From: a virus
IMG/VR virus record: IMGVR_UViG_3300042894_002308
Coordinates: 71,769 to 135,768 of that record
Length of the DNA: 64,000 nt
Strand: one strand, 5' to 3'
This document shows, piece after piece, positions 11,416 through 21,518 of this stretch. Position 1 is the first letter of the stretch. Each line of letters opens with the position of its first letter. Position numbers and translations under genes: made by a program. Under the pieces are notes generated by a model, which had not been told where the DNA came from, ran no database searches, and was given only the letters and a program-made list of their open reading frames with translations.

Positions 11416-12458
11416 TCTTCATCCTTTGACATTGCGGCATTATATGCTGAGTTTATAATATCAGCAAGCACATTTTTATTAATTGATTTTTCTGTAACCG
11501 TATCAATCTCTTCATGAAGTAACTGTAGCGTATCTTTATGAATGTCAACAGCCACTATATCAGGGTTTGCTGTTACATCTTCTGTAACGGCTAACTCTGC
11601 TACTCCTGCTTCATAGAACTTGTCCAAGTACTTTTCAAAGGCAGGACCTTTAGTTCGGTTCTTAATAAAAATCTTAACATAAGTATCTTTAAACTTTGAG
11701 TATTCTAATTTTTCTGGGTTGGTTTCATCGTAGTCAAACGTATAGAAAAGCTTTTTTGGATTCTCAATAAATTCAAGCGTTCTTGCTGCAAAATCAAATA
11801 CATGAAACCCTTTGGCTTCCCAAACGTCCGAGAAAGCCATTTGGTACTGAGATCCCAGGTAATGTATATTATCCCGGCTAGATTTAATATGATAATGCCC
11901 AGTAAGAACATATTCAAATTTGTCAAAATGTTTTGGGTCATAGCCATGCTCAATAAATATACCACGAATACTCTGAAAACCACACAACTCTAAATGTCCT
12001 AATAATAGAGAGCATGTTGTGTTAGTAATAAACTCCGCTGACTGAATCTCATTCTCTGGGTTGATCCAAGGCAATAACGCCACACAACCAGCAGATGTTT
12101 GAATCTCTGTTGGTTCTGAATGAATCTCCCAGTTTGAATATTGTTGTGCAATTTCTTGTAAAGAATTTACGGTGTTGTTATTCTTATAATAGGTATCATG
12201 ATTACCACATATGGCAATACACTTTACGCCAAGTTCTTGTAGTGGTTCAAAGAACCTTGTACGAACCTGTTGAAGAGTCTTAAAATTAATATATTTTCTA
12301 CGATCAAAGACATCACCTAGGTGAAAGATGGTCTTGATGTCGTTGTCTCTAATATATGGAAATAACTGTCCCTCAAAGAAGGACATGAAGTATTCCAAGA
12401 CTATTGGGGAATCTGCTTTATACCCAAAGTGGGTATCGTTAAGAATAACTGCTTTCAT
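11412..12458 (-). CDS. gp47: Recombination endonuclease nuclease subunit (Mre11/SbcD-like)
   Basis: DTHFG, LGDVFDRR, GNHD, GHYH. Confidence 0.97.
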   Translation of the reverse strand: MKAVILNDTHFGYKADSPIVLEYFMSFFEGQLFPYIRDNDIKTIFHLGDVFDRRKYINFKTLQQVRTRFFEPLQELGVKCIAICGNHDTYYKNNNTVNSLQEIAQQYSNWEIHSEPTEIQTSAGCVALLPWINPENEIQSAEFITNTTCSLLLGHLELCGFQSIRGIFIEHGYDPKHFDKFEYVLTGHYHIKSSRDNIHYLGSQYQMAFSDVWEAKGFHVFDFAARTLEFIENPKKLFYTFDYDETNPEKLEYSKFKDTYVKIFIKNRTKGPAFEKYLDKFYEAGVAELAVTEDVTANPDIVAVDIHKDTLQLLHEEIDTVTEKSINKNVLADIINSAYNAAMSKDED

Positions 12459-13027
12459 ATATCTAATACGTCTTTTTTACTTTTTCTTTTCTTTTTTACT
12501 TTAAGTTGTTTAGGCGGATTTAACATATCATCAAAACGTACCATGTCAAGATCTGTTAAACCAAAGAAATCTCTTCTACCAATATCAATACCAGCATAAG
12601 TTTCATTAAACCAATTATGAAAGTCTTTGTCATTTTTCTGTTCAGCAAATTTATATTGAACATATTTTTCTTTCTTTTCTTTGTTTATTATACGAACAAA
12701 AGAAAACCAGCAGATTTGGGTCAAATAACCAAAAGGGCTGCTGGACTTTGCTGGATCAAAATTTCCAATATATGTTATGCAATTTAATACTGCATCTGAT
12801 ACCATTTCTTCTCTATATGGATAGTTTGCAAAATTTGGTCTATATGATAATCTTGATGCTATTTTAAGTACACATTCGCCTATGAAATCTGGAAGTTTGG
12901 GTTTCTTACGACCTGCATTTTCAGCATCATTTGACTTTTTACGATAATCAACTAAAGCATTATATAAATCAGAATTACTTACGTAATCTGCATCTGATGC
13001 TTTTTTTTTCTTGGATGGGTTTTTCAC
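12455..13027 (-). CDS. gp55: Late sigma factor
   Basis: IGECVLKIA..LS.RPNF.NY.YREEMVSDA, NFDP.KS..PFGYLTQI. Confidence 0.96.
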   Translation of the reverse strand: MKNPSKKKKASDADYVSNSDLYNALVDYRKKSNDAENAGRKKPKLPDFIGECVLKIASRLSYRPNFANYPYREEMVSDAVLNCITYIGNFDPAKSSSPFGYLTQICWFSFVRIINKEKKEKYVQYKFAEQKNDKDFHNWFNETYAGIDIGRRDFFGLTDLDMVRFDDMLNPPKQLKVKKKRKSKKDVLDI

Positions 13028-13057
13028 ATTAATACTTTACTACATTATAAAGACTAA

Positions 13058-14041
13058 TCAAGCTTTATTTTTTAATTTATCTAACCAATAATCTACCATT
13101 TCATCCATCATATCATTAAAAGTAATTTTAGGACTCCATCCTAACTTTATTTTGGCTTTGGTAGAATCACCTCTAAGGTAATGCAATTCTTCTGGACGAT
13201 GATATTTTTGTGCATTGTCTACGTATAGATTAACATCCAAATTAACACGATCAAAAACATAATTAACCATTTCTCTAACTGATCTGGTTTCTCCAGTTGC
13301 TAAAACATAATTGTCAGCAACATCTTCTTGTAACATCATCCACATTCCCTCAATATAATCTTTTGCGTGACCCCAATCACGTTTAGCATCAAGATTTCCT
13401 AAAAATAACTTTTTTGACAATCCTAGTTTAATTTTTGCTGCTTCTAATGCAACTTTATTAGTAACAAAGTTAATTCCTCTACGAGGAGATTCGTGATTAA
13501 AAAGAATACCAGAACTAATAAAAAGTCCGTATGACTGTGAATAGTTACGACAAAGAGTATGTGCATATAATTTAGAACAACCATATGGACTTACGGGTAC
13601 GAGTGGTGTGGTCTCTCGTTGAAAGCCATCACTATCTACTGAATTGCCAAACATTTCTGATGTTGCTGCATGATAAACTTTAGAATGTGGTGAAAAACGT
13701 CTTACTGCTTCTAAAACAGCTAATGTACCACCGCCATTTACATCTAAAGTATATTGTGGTAGATCAAAAGAAATTTGAACATGTGATTGTGCTGCCAAAT
13801 GATATATTTCATTTGGTTGTAGTTTATTAATAACAGTTTCAATACTAATTGGATCCGTTAAATCTGCATAATGTAGAGTAATTAAATCTTCATCATGCAA
13901 ATGTTGAATACGCGTTGTTTGAGATTCTGGTACAGAATTTCTTCTGATTGTTCCGTGAACTGTGTAATTTTTTTTAATTAAAAACTCAGCAAGATAAGAA
14001 GCATCTTGACCATTTGCACCGATAATTAAAGCTGTTTTCAT
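13058..14041 (-). CDS. gmd: GDP-mannose 4,6-dehydratase
   Basis: GANGQDASYLA, LAAQSHV, SPYGCSK, LFNHESPRRG, RDWGHAKDY. Confidence 0.95.
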   Translation of the reverse strand: MKTALIIGANGQDASYLAEFLIKKNYTVHGTIRRNSVPESQTTRIQHLHDEDLITLHYADLTDPISIETVINKLQPNEIYHLAAQSHVQISFDLPQYTLDVNGGGTLAVLEAVRRFSPHSKVYHAATSEMFGNSVDSDGFQRETTPLVPVSPYGCSKLYAHTLCRNYSQSYGLFISSGILFNHESPRRGINFVTNKVALEAAKIKLGLSKKLFLGNLDAKRDWGHAKDYIEGMWMMLQEDVADNYVLATGETRSVREMVNYVFDRVNLDVNLYVDNAQKYHRPEELHYLRGDSTKAKIKLGWSPKITFNDMMDEMVDYWLDKLKNKA

Positions 14042-14042
14042 A

Positions 14043-15197
14043 TTAATTTATATTCCTGTTAACAATATTACAAATATAATCTATTTCTTCATCAGTCATA
14101 TCCGGATTATTAGGTAAATATAATCCATTATCATGAATAATATCAGAAAAAGGATATGTTTTTTTACCATACACTGTATAATAAAATGGCTGTCTTGACA
14201 TAGATCCACAAACCAATGGACGACATTCTACATTATTTTTATTTAAATCTTTTACTATTAAATTTTTATTTAGATGTATTATAGGGTAAGCAAAATTGCT
14301 TATAAAATTTGAAAAATCAATTTTCCAATATGAGTTAGAAATATTTTTGTGATATCTTAAAAAATTAGAATATCGTTTTTGATTTTTTTCTTCTAATGTT
14401 TTTAACTGTGATAGACCTATATAAGCCTGAAGATCTGTTGATCTTAAATTAAAACCAGGATAATAAAAAGTATAAAGATTTGTAAAATCATCTACATCAA
14501 ATTTTTCTTTTAAGTTATTTTGTGTTTCTTTACACAAATCACGACTCCATCCATGAGATCGTATTGATTTTAAAATTTCATACGTTTCAAAATCATTTGT
14601 AGAAACTAAACCACCTTCTATGGTTGAAAAATGATGACCATAGTACGTTGAAAAAGAAGACATTAAACCAAATGTTCCAGTTTTTTTATCACCATACATT
14701 GATCCAACACTTTCACACGAATCTTCTATTAAGATCACATCATATTTTTCACAAATTTCAACAATCTCTTTCATTTTATTTGGAAAACCTAAAACATGAA
14801 CTAAAATAACACAAGAAGGATTTTCTTTTTTGCATATCTCTTCTAAATGATTTGGATCTAAACCTAAAGTTTCTTTATCGGTATCACAAAGAATTAATTC
14901 CATACCTAATTGCATTATAGGTGTAATCGTCGTTACCCAGGAAACACACGGAGCAACAATTTTATTATTTTTTAATTTGTTTGAGACTTTTAACGCCTGA
15001 AACATTGCTAAATTGGCTGAAGAACCAGAATTAACAAAAACAGAGTATTTGACACCTAGCCACTTAGACCAAGCCTCTTCAAATTCTTCTGTTAATTTTC
15101 CTTTTGTTAGTTGTGGGTAGGTTTTTAACCATAGACACAAATCATCTATTTCATTATTTCTAATAGTATCTTTAACTAATTTGATTGGAAGATTCAT
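14043..15197 (-). CDS. PLP-dependent sugar dehydratase, ColD-like (GDP-4-keto-6-deoxymannose 3-dehydratase)
   Basis: DegT/DnrJ fold (VNSGSSANL, EDSCES); His rather than Lys in STYYGHHFSTIEGG; RSHGWSR without the Fe-S cysteines of E1. Confidence 0.8.
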   Translation of the reverse strand: MNLPIKLVKDTIRNNEIDDLCLWLKTYPQLTKGKLTEEFEEAWSKWLGVKYSVFVNSGSSANLAMFQALKVSNKLKNNKIVAPCVSWVTTITPIMQLGMELILCDTDKETLGLDPNHLEEICKKENPSCVILVHVLGFPNKMKEIVEICEKYDVILIEDSCESVGSMYGDKKTGTFGLMSSFSTYYGHHFSTIEGGLVSTNDFETYEILKSIRSHGWSRDLCKETQNNLKEKFDVDDFTNLYTFYYPGFNLRSTDLQAYIGLSQLKTLEEKNQKRYSNFLRYHKNISNSYWKIDFSNFISNFAYPIIHLNKNLIVKDLNKNNVECRPLVCGSMSRQPFYYTVYGKKTYPFSDIIHDNGLYLPNNPDMTDEEIDYICNIVNRNIN

Positions 15198-15543
15198 CAC
15201 TTATACCTTTATAAATTTTAACAGAATTTTCTAAAAGTGATTTTTCATTTAAAATGCACTGATCGATCATTGTATTTATTGCCTGTATATATGTCGGACG
15301 TTTTTGTTTAAAACAAATATCAATTTTTCTTTTAATATTTGCCAATTCTTCATCTGTTTTTGCTACACCAGCCATATCTTCTAAAAACCACGTTCTTATA
15401 TGTAAAATACAAAGTTTTTCTATAACTTCTCCCAAATTATCAGTAAATACATATTCATTTGGTAATTCAGGAAGAGACTGACTCAATAATGTTTTTTGTA
15501 CTGTTTCTTTTATGATGTTTTCGATTTCAATTGCAGTTCTCAT
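15172..15543 (-). CDS. DUF4254-like small helical protein
   Basis: LGEVIEKLCILHIRTW..ED....KIDI...KR...IQAIN pattern; family typical of polysaccharide loci. Confidence 0.55.
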   Translation of the reverse strand: MRTAIEIENIIKETVQKTLLSQSLPELPNEYVFTDNLGEVIEKLCILHIRTWFLEDMAGVAKTDEELANIKRKIDICFKQKRPTYIQAINTMIDQCILNEKSLLENSVKIYKGISDESSNQIS

Positions 15544-16298
15544 AGTGTGTTATTCATTTCTTTGGTTAGTATATCTAATAGCTGACTTTCCGTCCAATCA
15601 ATTTTTGTTTTATTGTAAAATACATTTTTTCTATAAATGGATTCTTTATCTATATTTTCAGTAACATAATCATTATAGTTCATTCCAAAATTATTATATA
15701 ATTTTTTAATAAAACTGTTTATAAAAATTGTATTACCTGTACCTATAATAGAATCTGTTTTTTGAGTTAGTGCTTGGTTTACAACAAAACTAGGATGTAG
15801 TAATTCTCTATAAAAATGTGTATCTCCTATTTCTATTTTATTTTTAAATCTTATTGAGTCTATAATTTTTCCAAAAAGAAATGGAGGTAGTCTATATATT
15901 GAATTAAAATTAAAAGGATACATAATTCTTACATTACTGTAATGTGTTTTCAAGTATGCTGTGATATTTTCTTTAGAAAAAATGTAATCAGAATAATGAT
16001 AATTAATTGGCGTATCTAGGCTTATTGCTCCATTACAATTATTCCAAAGTTCAGCTGTTGAAAAATATATTATATGATTGGCTTTTAGTTTTTTTATTAT
16101 ACTTTTGGTATAATCTACATTTATTTTATAAAAGGAATCATCATTATTTTTATAAGTTTTTTGTTCTGCAAAACACAAATATACAGAATCCCAAGTAGTA
16201 TCAAATATATTGGATTCAATATTTCGAGAAGATATCTTTACCATATCGGTAGGAAAATAATGAGCTAATTGAGATGTATTTCCTATAACTAAATTCAT
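15540..16298 (-). CDS. Divergent NAD-dependent epimerase/reductase (extended SDR)
   Basis: N-terminal LVIGNTSQLA, FSTAE, YIFSK (YxxxK), RELLH. Confidence 0.7.
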   Translation of the reverse strand: MNLVIGNTSQLAHYFPTDMVKISSRNIESNIFDTTWDSVYLCFAEQKTYKNNDDSFYKINVDYTKSIIKKLKANHIIYFSTAELWNNCNGAISLDTPINYHYSDYIFSKENITAYLKTHYSNVRIMYPFNFNSIYRLPPFLFGKIIDSIRFKNKIEIGDTHFYRELLHPSFVVNQALTQKTDSIIGTGNTIFINSFIKKLYNNFGMNYNDYVTENIDKESIYRKNVFYNKTKIDWTESQLLDILTKEMNNTL

Positions 16299-17188
16299 AA
16301 AAATTTTTTGATTTCTTGTTCTATTATATCATACATAGAATCAAAAGCAAAATTATTTGACCATATTTGTTCTGCACCAAGTAGATTATGTTCTTTCATA
16401 TCTATCCAATGTGCATCTTCATAAAGTTTGGTAAATCCTATAAGTTTTTTATTTGCATTTAATAAATTTGTTTTTGTAAAACAACAACAATATGGTCCAC
16501 TACCTCTACCAACTATAATATCACAGTGGGTAGAAAGATATGAGATTTCATTTAAATCATTACCAGTGCTTTGAATGATATCAGAAGTATATTTAATATT
16601 TTCTAATATTATTTTATTAGAATTATCAGTTAATAAAAACATACAATTTGTGTATTTTTTTGCTAATCTATCAATTATTATATTCATATCAAAATTTATA
16701 GATTGACCAGAAAGAACATTTCCATTACAAACTAGTATTTTTTTTATATGTAAATTTTCTGCAATAAAAGTATCAATGGATTTAGTATTATATAAATTAA
16801 AATTTATCTCAGGAACATAAAAAAATGGACTCTCTATTTTTATATTCAATAATTCATACATATTTGTATATTTTTGATAATTTCCATTTAAACAACATCC
16901 ACCATTAAATAAATATTTTCTCTCTGATGAACCTATCCATGTATTAATTAATACATTGGTTTGATCAACCAATAATTCATGTTCCATACAATGATACAAG
17001 TTGTAATCTGAAAATTCTATTTCATTAATATCTTGAAATATTTTTTTATTACAATTAGTTGAATATGTATATGGAGCAGTAGCATTAATTTTTATTATAA
17101 TATCTTTTATAAATTCTCTTGAATAATGAATATCGCCATAATGACCCATATTATGGAATATAATTTTTTTATTATCTATGTTAGACAT
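16295..17188 (-). CDS. Putative GT-B glycosyltransferase (GT9-like)
   Basis: GHYGDI N-terminus; CDIIVGRGSGP; island context. Confidence 0.5.
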   Translation of the reverse strand: MSNIDNKKIIFHNMGHYGDIHYSREFIKDIIIKINATAPYTYSTNCNKKIFQDINEIEFSDYNLYHCMEHELLVDQTNVLINTWIGSSERKYLFNGGCCLNGNYQKYTNMYELLNIKIESPFFYVPEINFNLYNTKSIDTFIAENLHIKKILVCNGNVLSGQSINFDMNIIIDRLAKKYTNCMFLLTDNSNKIILENIKYTSDIIQSTGNDLNEISYLSTHCDIIVGRGSGPYCCCFTKTNLLNANKKLIGFTKLYEDAHWIDMKEHNLLGAEQIWSNNFAFDSMYDIIEQEIKKFL

Positions 17189-18134
17189 TTAAATTTTCCT
17201 TTATGATAGTTTCTAGTCTTTTTGAGTAGTTGATAGCGTATTTTTTTGCTTCATTAAAATTATGTTCTATAACTACTTGTTTATCCAAATAATAGGATTT
17301 CAAATCAATAGAATTTATTTTATTCAAAAAGTCATTTTCATTCTCAAAGATAATAAAACCATCTAAATCAAAATAATCACCTATATTTGGACATCCCCAG
17401 TATATAGGTACAGTTTTGGTAATTAAACAATCTATTAATTTTTCACTAAAATAATTTTTTTCTTGAGAATTTTCTATTATTATAGAAAATTTTGATTTAA
17501 ATAATTCCATTTTATCATCATTTGGTAAGATACCATCATGTTCATCATGTAACTTCCACTGTAAATGAGTATTACTATAGTAAAATAATGATTTCATATT
17601 AATATTTTGTTTAAGGTTCCAGATTTTTTTTCTTAATCTGTAACCCTCAACCATTTCTAATGCACGTTGACTTTTATTTGTTATTAAAAAACTAATAGTA
17701 TTATCTTTTACGATAGAAAATCCATCAAAATTATCATCAATATAACCCAAATAAGTTGTATCACCAAGATGTTTATTTAACCATGTTGTCCCATATAAAA
17801 ATAATTTAGAATTAGGTAATAATTTTAAAAGATCTTGATTAGATGTTAGTATCAAATCATAAAAAGAAGAAAATAGTATAATATCATTATCTATTTCTTT
17901 CATATAACATACTTTGGGTTCGCTAGAATCAACATACACTTTAAAACTAGGTGAAGTATTGGGATACTCAGCATCTATAATAAATGTATTATCAATACTA
18001 TTAGAATAATTTTTTAATATATGTTGGGGGTTATTATTCTTTAAAAATCGTGTTACATGTATTTCAACGGATCGATCAAAATCCATTAATTCTGGCTTCA
18101 ATAAATGTTCAGCATTATAAATTTTAGGTATCAT
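17181..18134 (-). CDS. GT10 (alpha-1,3-fucosyltransferase-like) glycosyltransferase
   Basis: KFSIIIENSQEKNYFSEKLIDC...VPIYWGCPNI. Confidence 0.85.
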   Translation of the reverse strand: MIPKIYNAEHLLKPELMDFDRSVEIHVTRFLKNNNPQHILKNYSNSIDNTFIIDAEYPNTSPSFKVYVDSSEPKVCYMKEIDNDIILFSSFYDLILTSNQDLLKLLPNSKLFLYGTTWLNKHLGDTTYLGYIDDNFDGFSIVKDNTISFLITNKSQRALEMVEGYRLRKKIWNLKQNINMKSLFYYSNTHLQWKLHDEHDGILPNDDKMELFKSKFSIIIENSQEKNYFSEKLIDCLITKTVPIYWGCPNIGDYFDLDGFIIFENENDFLNKINSIDLKSYYLDKQVVIEHNFNEAKKYAINYSKRLETIIKENLNV

Positions 18135-18954
18135 TGTATATTTCTTTTTCTATTTGTTCAAAAAGACAGTCATCAGCAATTTTATGATTTAAACACAGTT
18201 CATAGTTCTCTTTAATAGCATCCATTTTTGACCAATAGTATTCTGGAGATAGTTTATTAATATCAAAATTATCATCTAATATTATAATCCCATCTTTATT
18301 GAATATGGTATCTATATCAGGAGCACCATAATAAATTGGTATTGTACCTGTAGCAAAGCAATCCATAATTTTTTCTGTGTAATAGGTAGAATATTTTCCA
18401 TTTTCTATTACTATAGAATAGTAATAATCATTTAATACGTCTTCTTTTTTTATAAATGGATTAAACAATCTACCATAATAATCTATTAGGTAATTTTTTG
18501 ATTTAAATTCTTCCATTTTTTTATTTCTAAAATTATGTCCCTCTGTTATGGTTTTACCAGAAGAAATCATAGAAATTAATTTATTTTTTTTATGTATTTG
18601 TTTATCTATAACCCAAGTCTGATTTGAGGCTGGAGGTATGTATTCAAAAATATCATCTAGTAACAAATAATCCCTATCATGAATAAAGATTTTTTTATAA
18701 ACACCTTTTAAATCTCTATAATTATTTTTAATAAATTCATACTGCTTATAAGATATACTTTTAGATTCACATAACCATAAAAATTTATTAATAGAAGTAC
18801 TAGATATTCCTCCAAGAATATCATAGTCTTGATACACCTCAATACCCGAATCAGTTTTATTATTGTGTACCCATACAAACTTAGTTGGATTCAAATATCC
18901 ACATGATGATGGTGCATGTGTAAATGGACTACCAAATGAAGAAATTTTTATCAT
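18124..18954 (-). CDS. GT10 glycosyltransferase
   Basis: YSIVIENGKYSTYYTEKIMDCFATGTIPIYYG. Confidence 0.85.
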   Translation of the reverse strand: MIKISSFGSPFTHAPSSCGYLNPTKFVWVHNNKTDSGIEVYQDYDILGGISSTSINKFLWLCESKSISYKQYEFIKNNYRDLKGVYKKIFIHDRDYLLLDDIFEYIPPASNQTWVIDKQIHKKNKLISMISSGKTITEGHNFRNKKMEEFKSKNYLIDYYGRLFNPFIKKEDVLNDYYYSIVIENGKYSTYYTEKIMDCFATGTIPIYYGAPDIDTIFNKDGIIILDDNFDINKLSPEYYWSKMDAIKENYELCLNHKIADDCLFEQIEKEIYNDT

Positions 18955-18955
18955 T

Positions 18956-19567
18956 TTAATAAGCTTTTATATACAAGGCATCACCCCAAGTATATCCATC
19001 CCACGCAGTAACTTCTCTTTTAAACCCATAATTATTTAAAAAAGAATCTATTTCTTCTACCATAGGACAATTTTTATATAATTCTGCACGATTTACTTCG
19101 CATAAAATATAATCTACTTTAAGTAGTATGTCTGTAGATCCTTTTAATACTTCTAATTCATATCCCTGTACATCCAATGTCAGTAAAGTATAATTAAATG
19201 ATTTATTAGTAAAATATTCATTTAATGTGATAACCTCTACCTGTTCTGTTCCAGTAAATTTTATTCCAGGATATTGCACACAGTGTAATTGTGGTTCAAG
19301 TAGTGAACTAGATTGACCATCGTTTACTTGTTCTGTATGCATAGTCATAATACCACTAGAAGACCCTAAGGCTTTATTCTCAATAGTAAGATTTGGCATT
19401 GAACCAAGTTTATTAAAAAGTTTGTTATATACTTCTTTTTGTGGTTCAAACATTAAAATATTTTCAGATAATTTTTTTAATGTTTCGTACTCATTTCCAT
19501 GATGTGCACCAATCTGAATAATTCCAGATATAGGTTTTGTAATATATTTTGTAATATCAAATAGCAT
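18956..19567 (-). CDS. FkbM-family methyltransferase
   Basis: IGAHHG, MFEP, LDVQGYELEVLKG, WGDALY; start moved to ATG overlapping upstream stop. Confidence 0.9.
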   Translation of the reverse strand: MLFDITKYITKPISGIIQIGAHHGNEYETLKKLSENILMFEPQKEVYNKLFNKLGSMPNLTIENKALGSSSGIMTMHTEQVNDGQSSSLLEPQLHCVQYPGIKFTGTEQVEVITLNEYFTNKSFNYTLLTLDVQGYELEVLKGSTDILLKVDYILCEVNRAELYKNCPMVEEIDSFLNNYGFKREVTAWDGYTWGDALYIKAY

Positions 19568-20355
19568 TATATTATAATCCAATCTTTGCAATAAATATCT
19601 GACCAATTTTTTGGCATATTTGGTTCTGCACCGAACCATTTACTAGGAGCAATAACTTGTTTACTTTCACTCAACCATGCTCCCCACCAACTAAATGAAC
19701 TATTTGCAATTATATGATAATCACACATAGTCATTAAACACATATCAATATTTTCATTTTTTGTATCGGGAATACAAAAAGGTCTTTTTAAATCTTTAAA
19801 AAGTTCTGCTGCTTTTTCATTATCATCACTAATAATAAAAAGAAAAGCATTATCTGGAATTTTATTTAAAGCCTCCTGGTAATATTCCATCGTACATACT
19901 GGATGATTATCTGGCAAATTTAAATAATCACCTAACCGTATATGCAATGAGACTGCTAATTTTTTACCAATTTGTCTTATTGTGTCTGCTTTATTTTTTA
20001 TTTCTGCAGTAAATTCAAATTCTTTTAATAAATCTTGTCTATAATCAATAAAATATTTTTCACTTTGAAAATATCCAATTATATCTGTATTATCTGCAAT
20101 ACCAAATATACCTGCATTATATGTAAAATTACGTTCTTGAGCTCTATGAATATTTTTAATTCCTGAGCTATCTTTTGCAGTCAAATTTAAAAAAGCACTA
20201 TCTAAATACAAATTTAAATATGAATTATCAGATTTTGTCTTATAAGGAATACCAAATTCATATCCACGAGTTTTAGCAATAGAAAATAATGTTGCATATT
20301 GAAACATTTGGTTTCCCATTCTACCATATTTTCCTAACATGTTAAATGTTATCAT
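19567..20355 (-). CDS. GT11 (alpha-1,2-fucosyl/colitosyltransferase-like)
   Basis: GRMGNQMFQYA, GYFQSEKYF, HIRLGDY, IANSSFSWWGAWL. Confidence 0.93.
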   Translation of the reverse strand: MITFNMLGKYGRMGNQMFQYATLFSIAKTRGYEFGIPYKTKSDNSYLNLYLDSAFLNLTAKDSSGIKNIHRAQERNFTYNAGIFGIADNTDIIGYFQSEKYFIDYRQDLLKEFEFTAEIKNKADTIRQIGKKLAVSLHIRLGDYLNLPDNHPVCTMEYYQEALNKIPDNAFLFIISDDNEKAAELFKDLKRPFCIPDTKNENIDMCLMTMCDYHIIANSSFSWWGAWLSESKQVIAPSKWFGAEPNMPKNWSDIYCKDWIII

Positions 20356-20987
20356 TGAAAAATAAAATTCCTATTGTGTAAAGGTTTGTCAGTCAATGAT
20401 TGCCATTTATTGGCACTATCACGATCATTAGATTGATATATAAGTGGAACATTTGGTGTATAAACTTTATACTGGTATTGTATTGCGGCTGTACCGATGT
20501 CCCATGGTTTATCTAATGTATATAAACAATGCCGACCAACCGCAGCCATCTGTTGCCGAAATAGTGGGGTAACATATAAAATAGCATGTGCAGCTAAAAT
20601 CCCACCAATTCGTAAATAATTTTCATGAAGTTGATTAGTATTATAATGCATATTACCATGCGAAATTCCCAAATATACTCCATCAGAATCATCTGGAATT
20701 TCAATAATAGGATTAAAATTTTCCATAAACTCAATATCATCTTCTAAAACTAGAAGTGGTGATGAATATCTTATATCTTCCAATATATCGATATGAGATT
20801 GCCCACAACCCCTATAATGTGCAATAGATATGTCTGTGTTCGGTGGTGAAGGAATAACTAAACCAGATTTTCTATGAGTATTTTTAAACTCATATTTTTC
20901 AAATCTTTGTTTCATGATTTCTGCATTTTTTGTTGCAGAATCTAAATTAATCCATACGACTGGAATTTCACGTAAATCAATAATCAT
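20352..20987 (-). CDS. GT25-like glycosyltransferase
   Basis: VWINLD, GCGQSH, LVLEDD, AHAILY. Confidence 0.75.
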   Translation of the reverse strand: MIIDLREIPVVWINLDSATKNAEIMKQRFEKYEFKNTHRKSGLVIPSPPNTDISIAHYRGCGQSHIDILEDIRYSSPLLVLEDDIEFMENFNPIIEIPDDSDGVYLGISHGNMHYNTNQLHENYLRIGGILAAHAILYVTPLFRQQMAAVGRHCLYTLDKPWDIGTAAIQYQYKVYTPNVPLIYQSNDRDSANKWQSLTDKPLHNRNFIFQ

Positions 20988-21001
20988 AAGACCTCACAAT
21001 A

Positions 21002-21066
21002 AATATAATACATCATATAAAGATGTCAAGTTATTTAGTTGACTTTTTTCTAAAGTACATTATACT
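21002..21066. promoter_or_regulatory. Back-to-back promoters: TTGACA-N16-TATATT (-, sugar island) and TTGACT-N16-TATACT (+, uvsY)
   Basis: Boxes at 21024-29/21002-07 and 21039-44/21061-66. Confidence 0.7.
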
Positions 21067-21073
21067 TTATCAA

Positions 21074-21511
21074 ATGAATTTAGAAGACCTTAAGAATAAT
21101 ATTACTAAAGATTCCCAAATAGACTCTACAGAATTAGGTGTAGAGGCTCTTAAGATACCTCAAATACACGCCAAGTATCTTAATATGCTTACAGACTTTA
21201 AATTGCTTTTGACCAAGCATCAGAATGATTATGCAATTCAAAGATTGCGTAAATGGAAAATTTTGACTGGTAAGGCTTCAAAAGAAGAATTAGAAGCATG
21301 GGGAGAAGAACCATTTGATTTGGATCTACTTAAGACTGATGTAGAAAAGTTTATTGACGGTGATCCAAAGATGGTAGACTTAAAGTCTAGGGTGGCTGTT
21401 AATGAGATTAAGGTAAAAATGGTGGAAGAATTTTTAAAAGCCATTAATAATCGAAACTTCAACATCAAGTCTGCCATTGACTGGCAAAAAATGATGAATG
21501 GCATAGTATAA
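21074..21511 (+). CDS. uvsY: Recombination mediator UvsY
   Basis: KDSQID...EALKIPQIHAKYL, RNFNIKSAIDW; upstream of uvsW. Confidence 0.92.
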   Translation: MNLEDLKNNITKDSQIDSTELGVEALKIPQIHAKYLNMLTDFKLLLTKHQNDYAIQRLRKWKILTGKASKEELEAWGEEPFDLDLLKTDVEKFIDGDPKMVDLKSRVAVNEIKVKMVEEFLKAINNRNFNIKSAIDWQKMMNGIV

Positions 21512-21518
21512 ATATTAT

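Noticed and set aside
13058-20987. Sugar island as DNA hypermodification or host contamination
   Set aside because: No hydroxymethylase or base-modifying gene in the window, and the island is embedded between gp55 and uvsY with phage-type promoters; DNA as acceptor is not fully excluded
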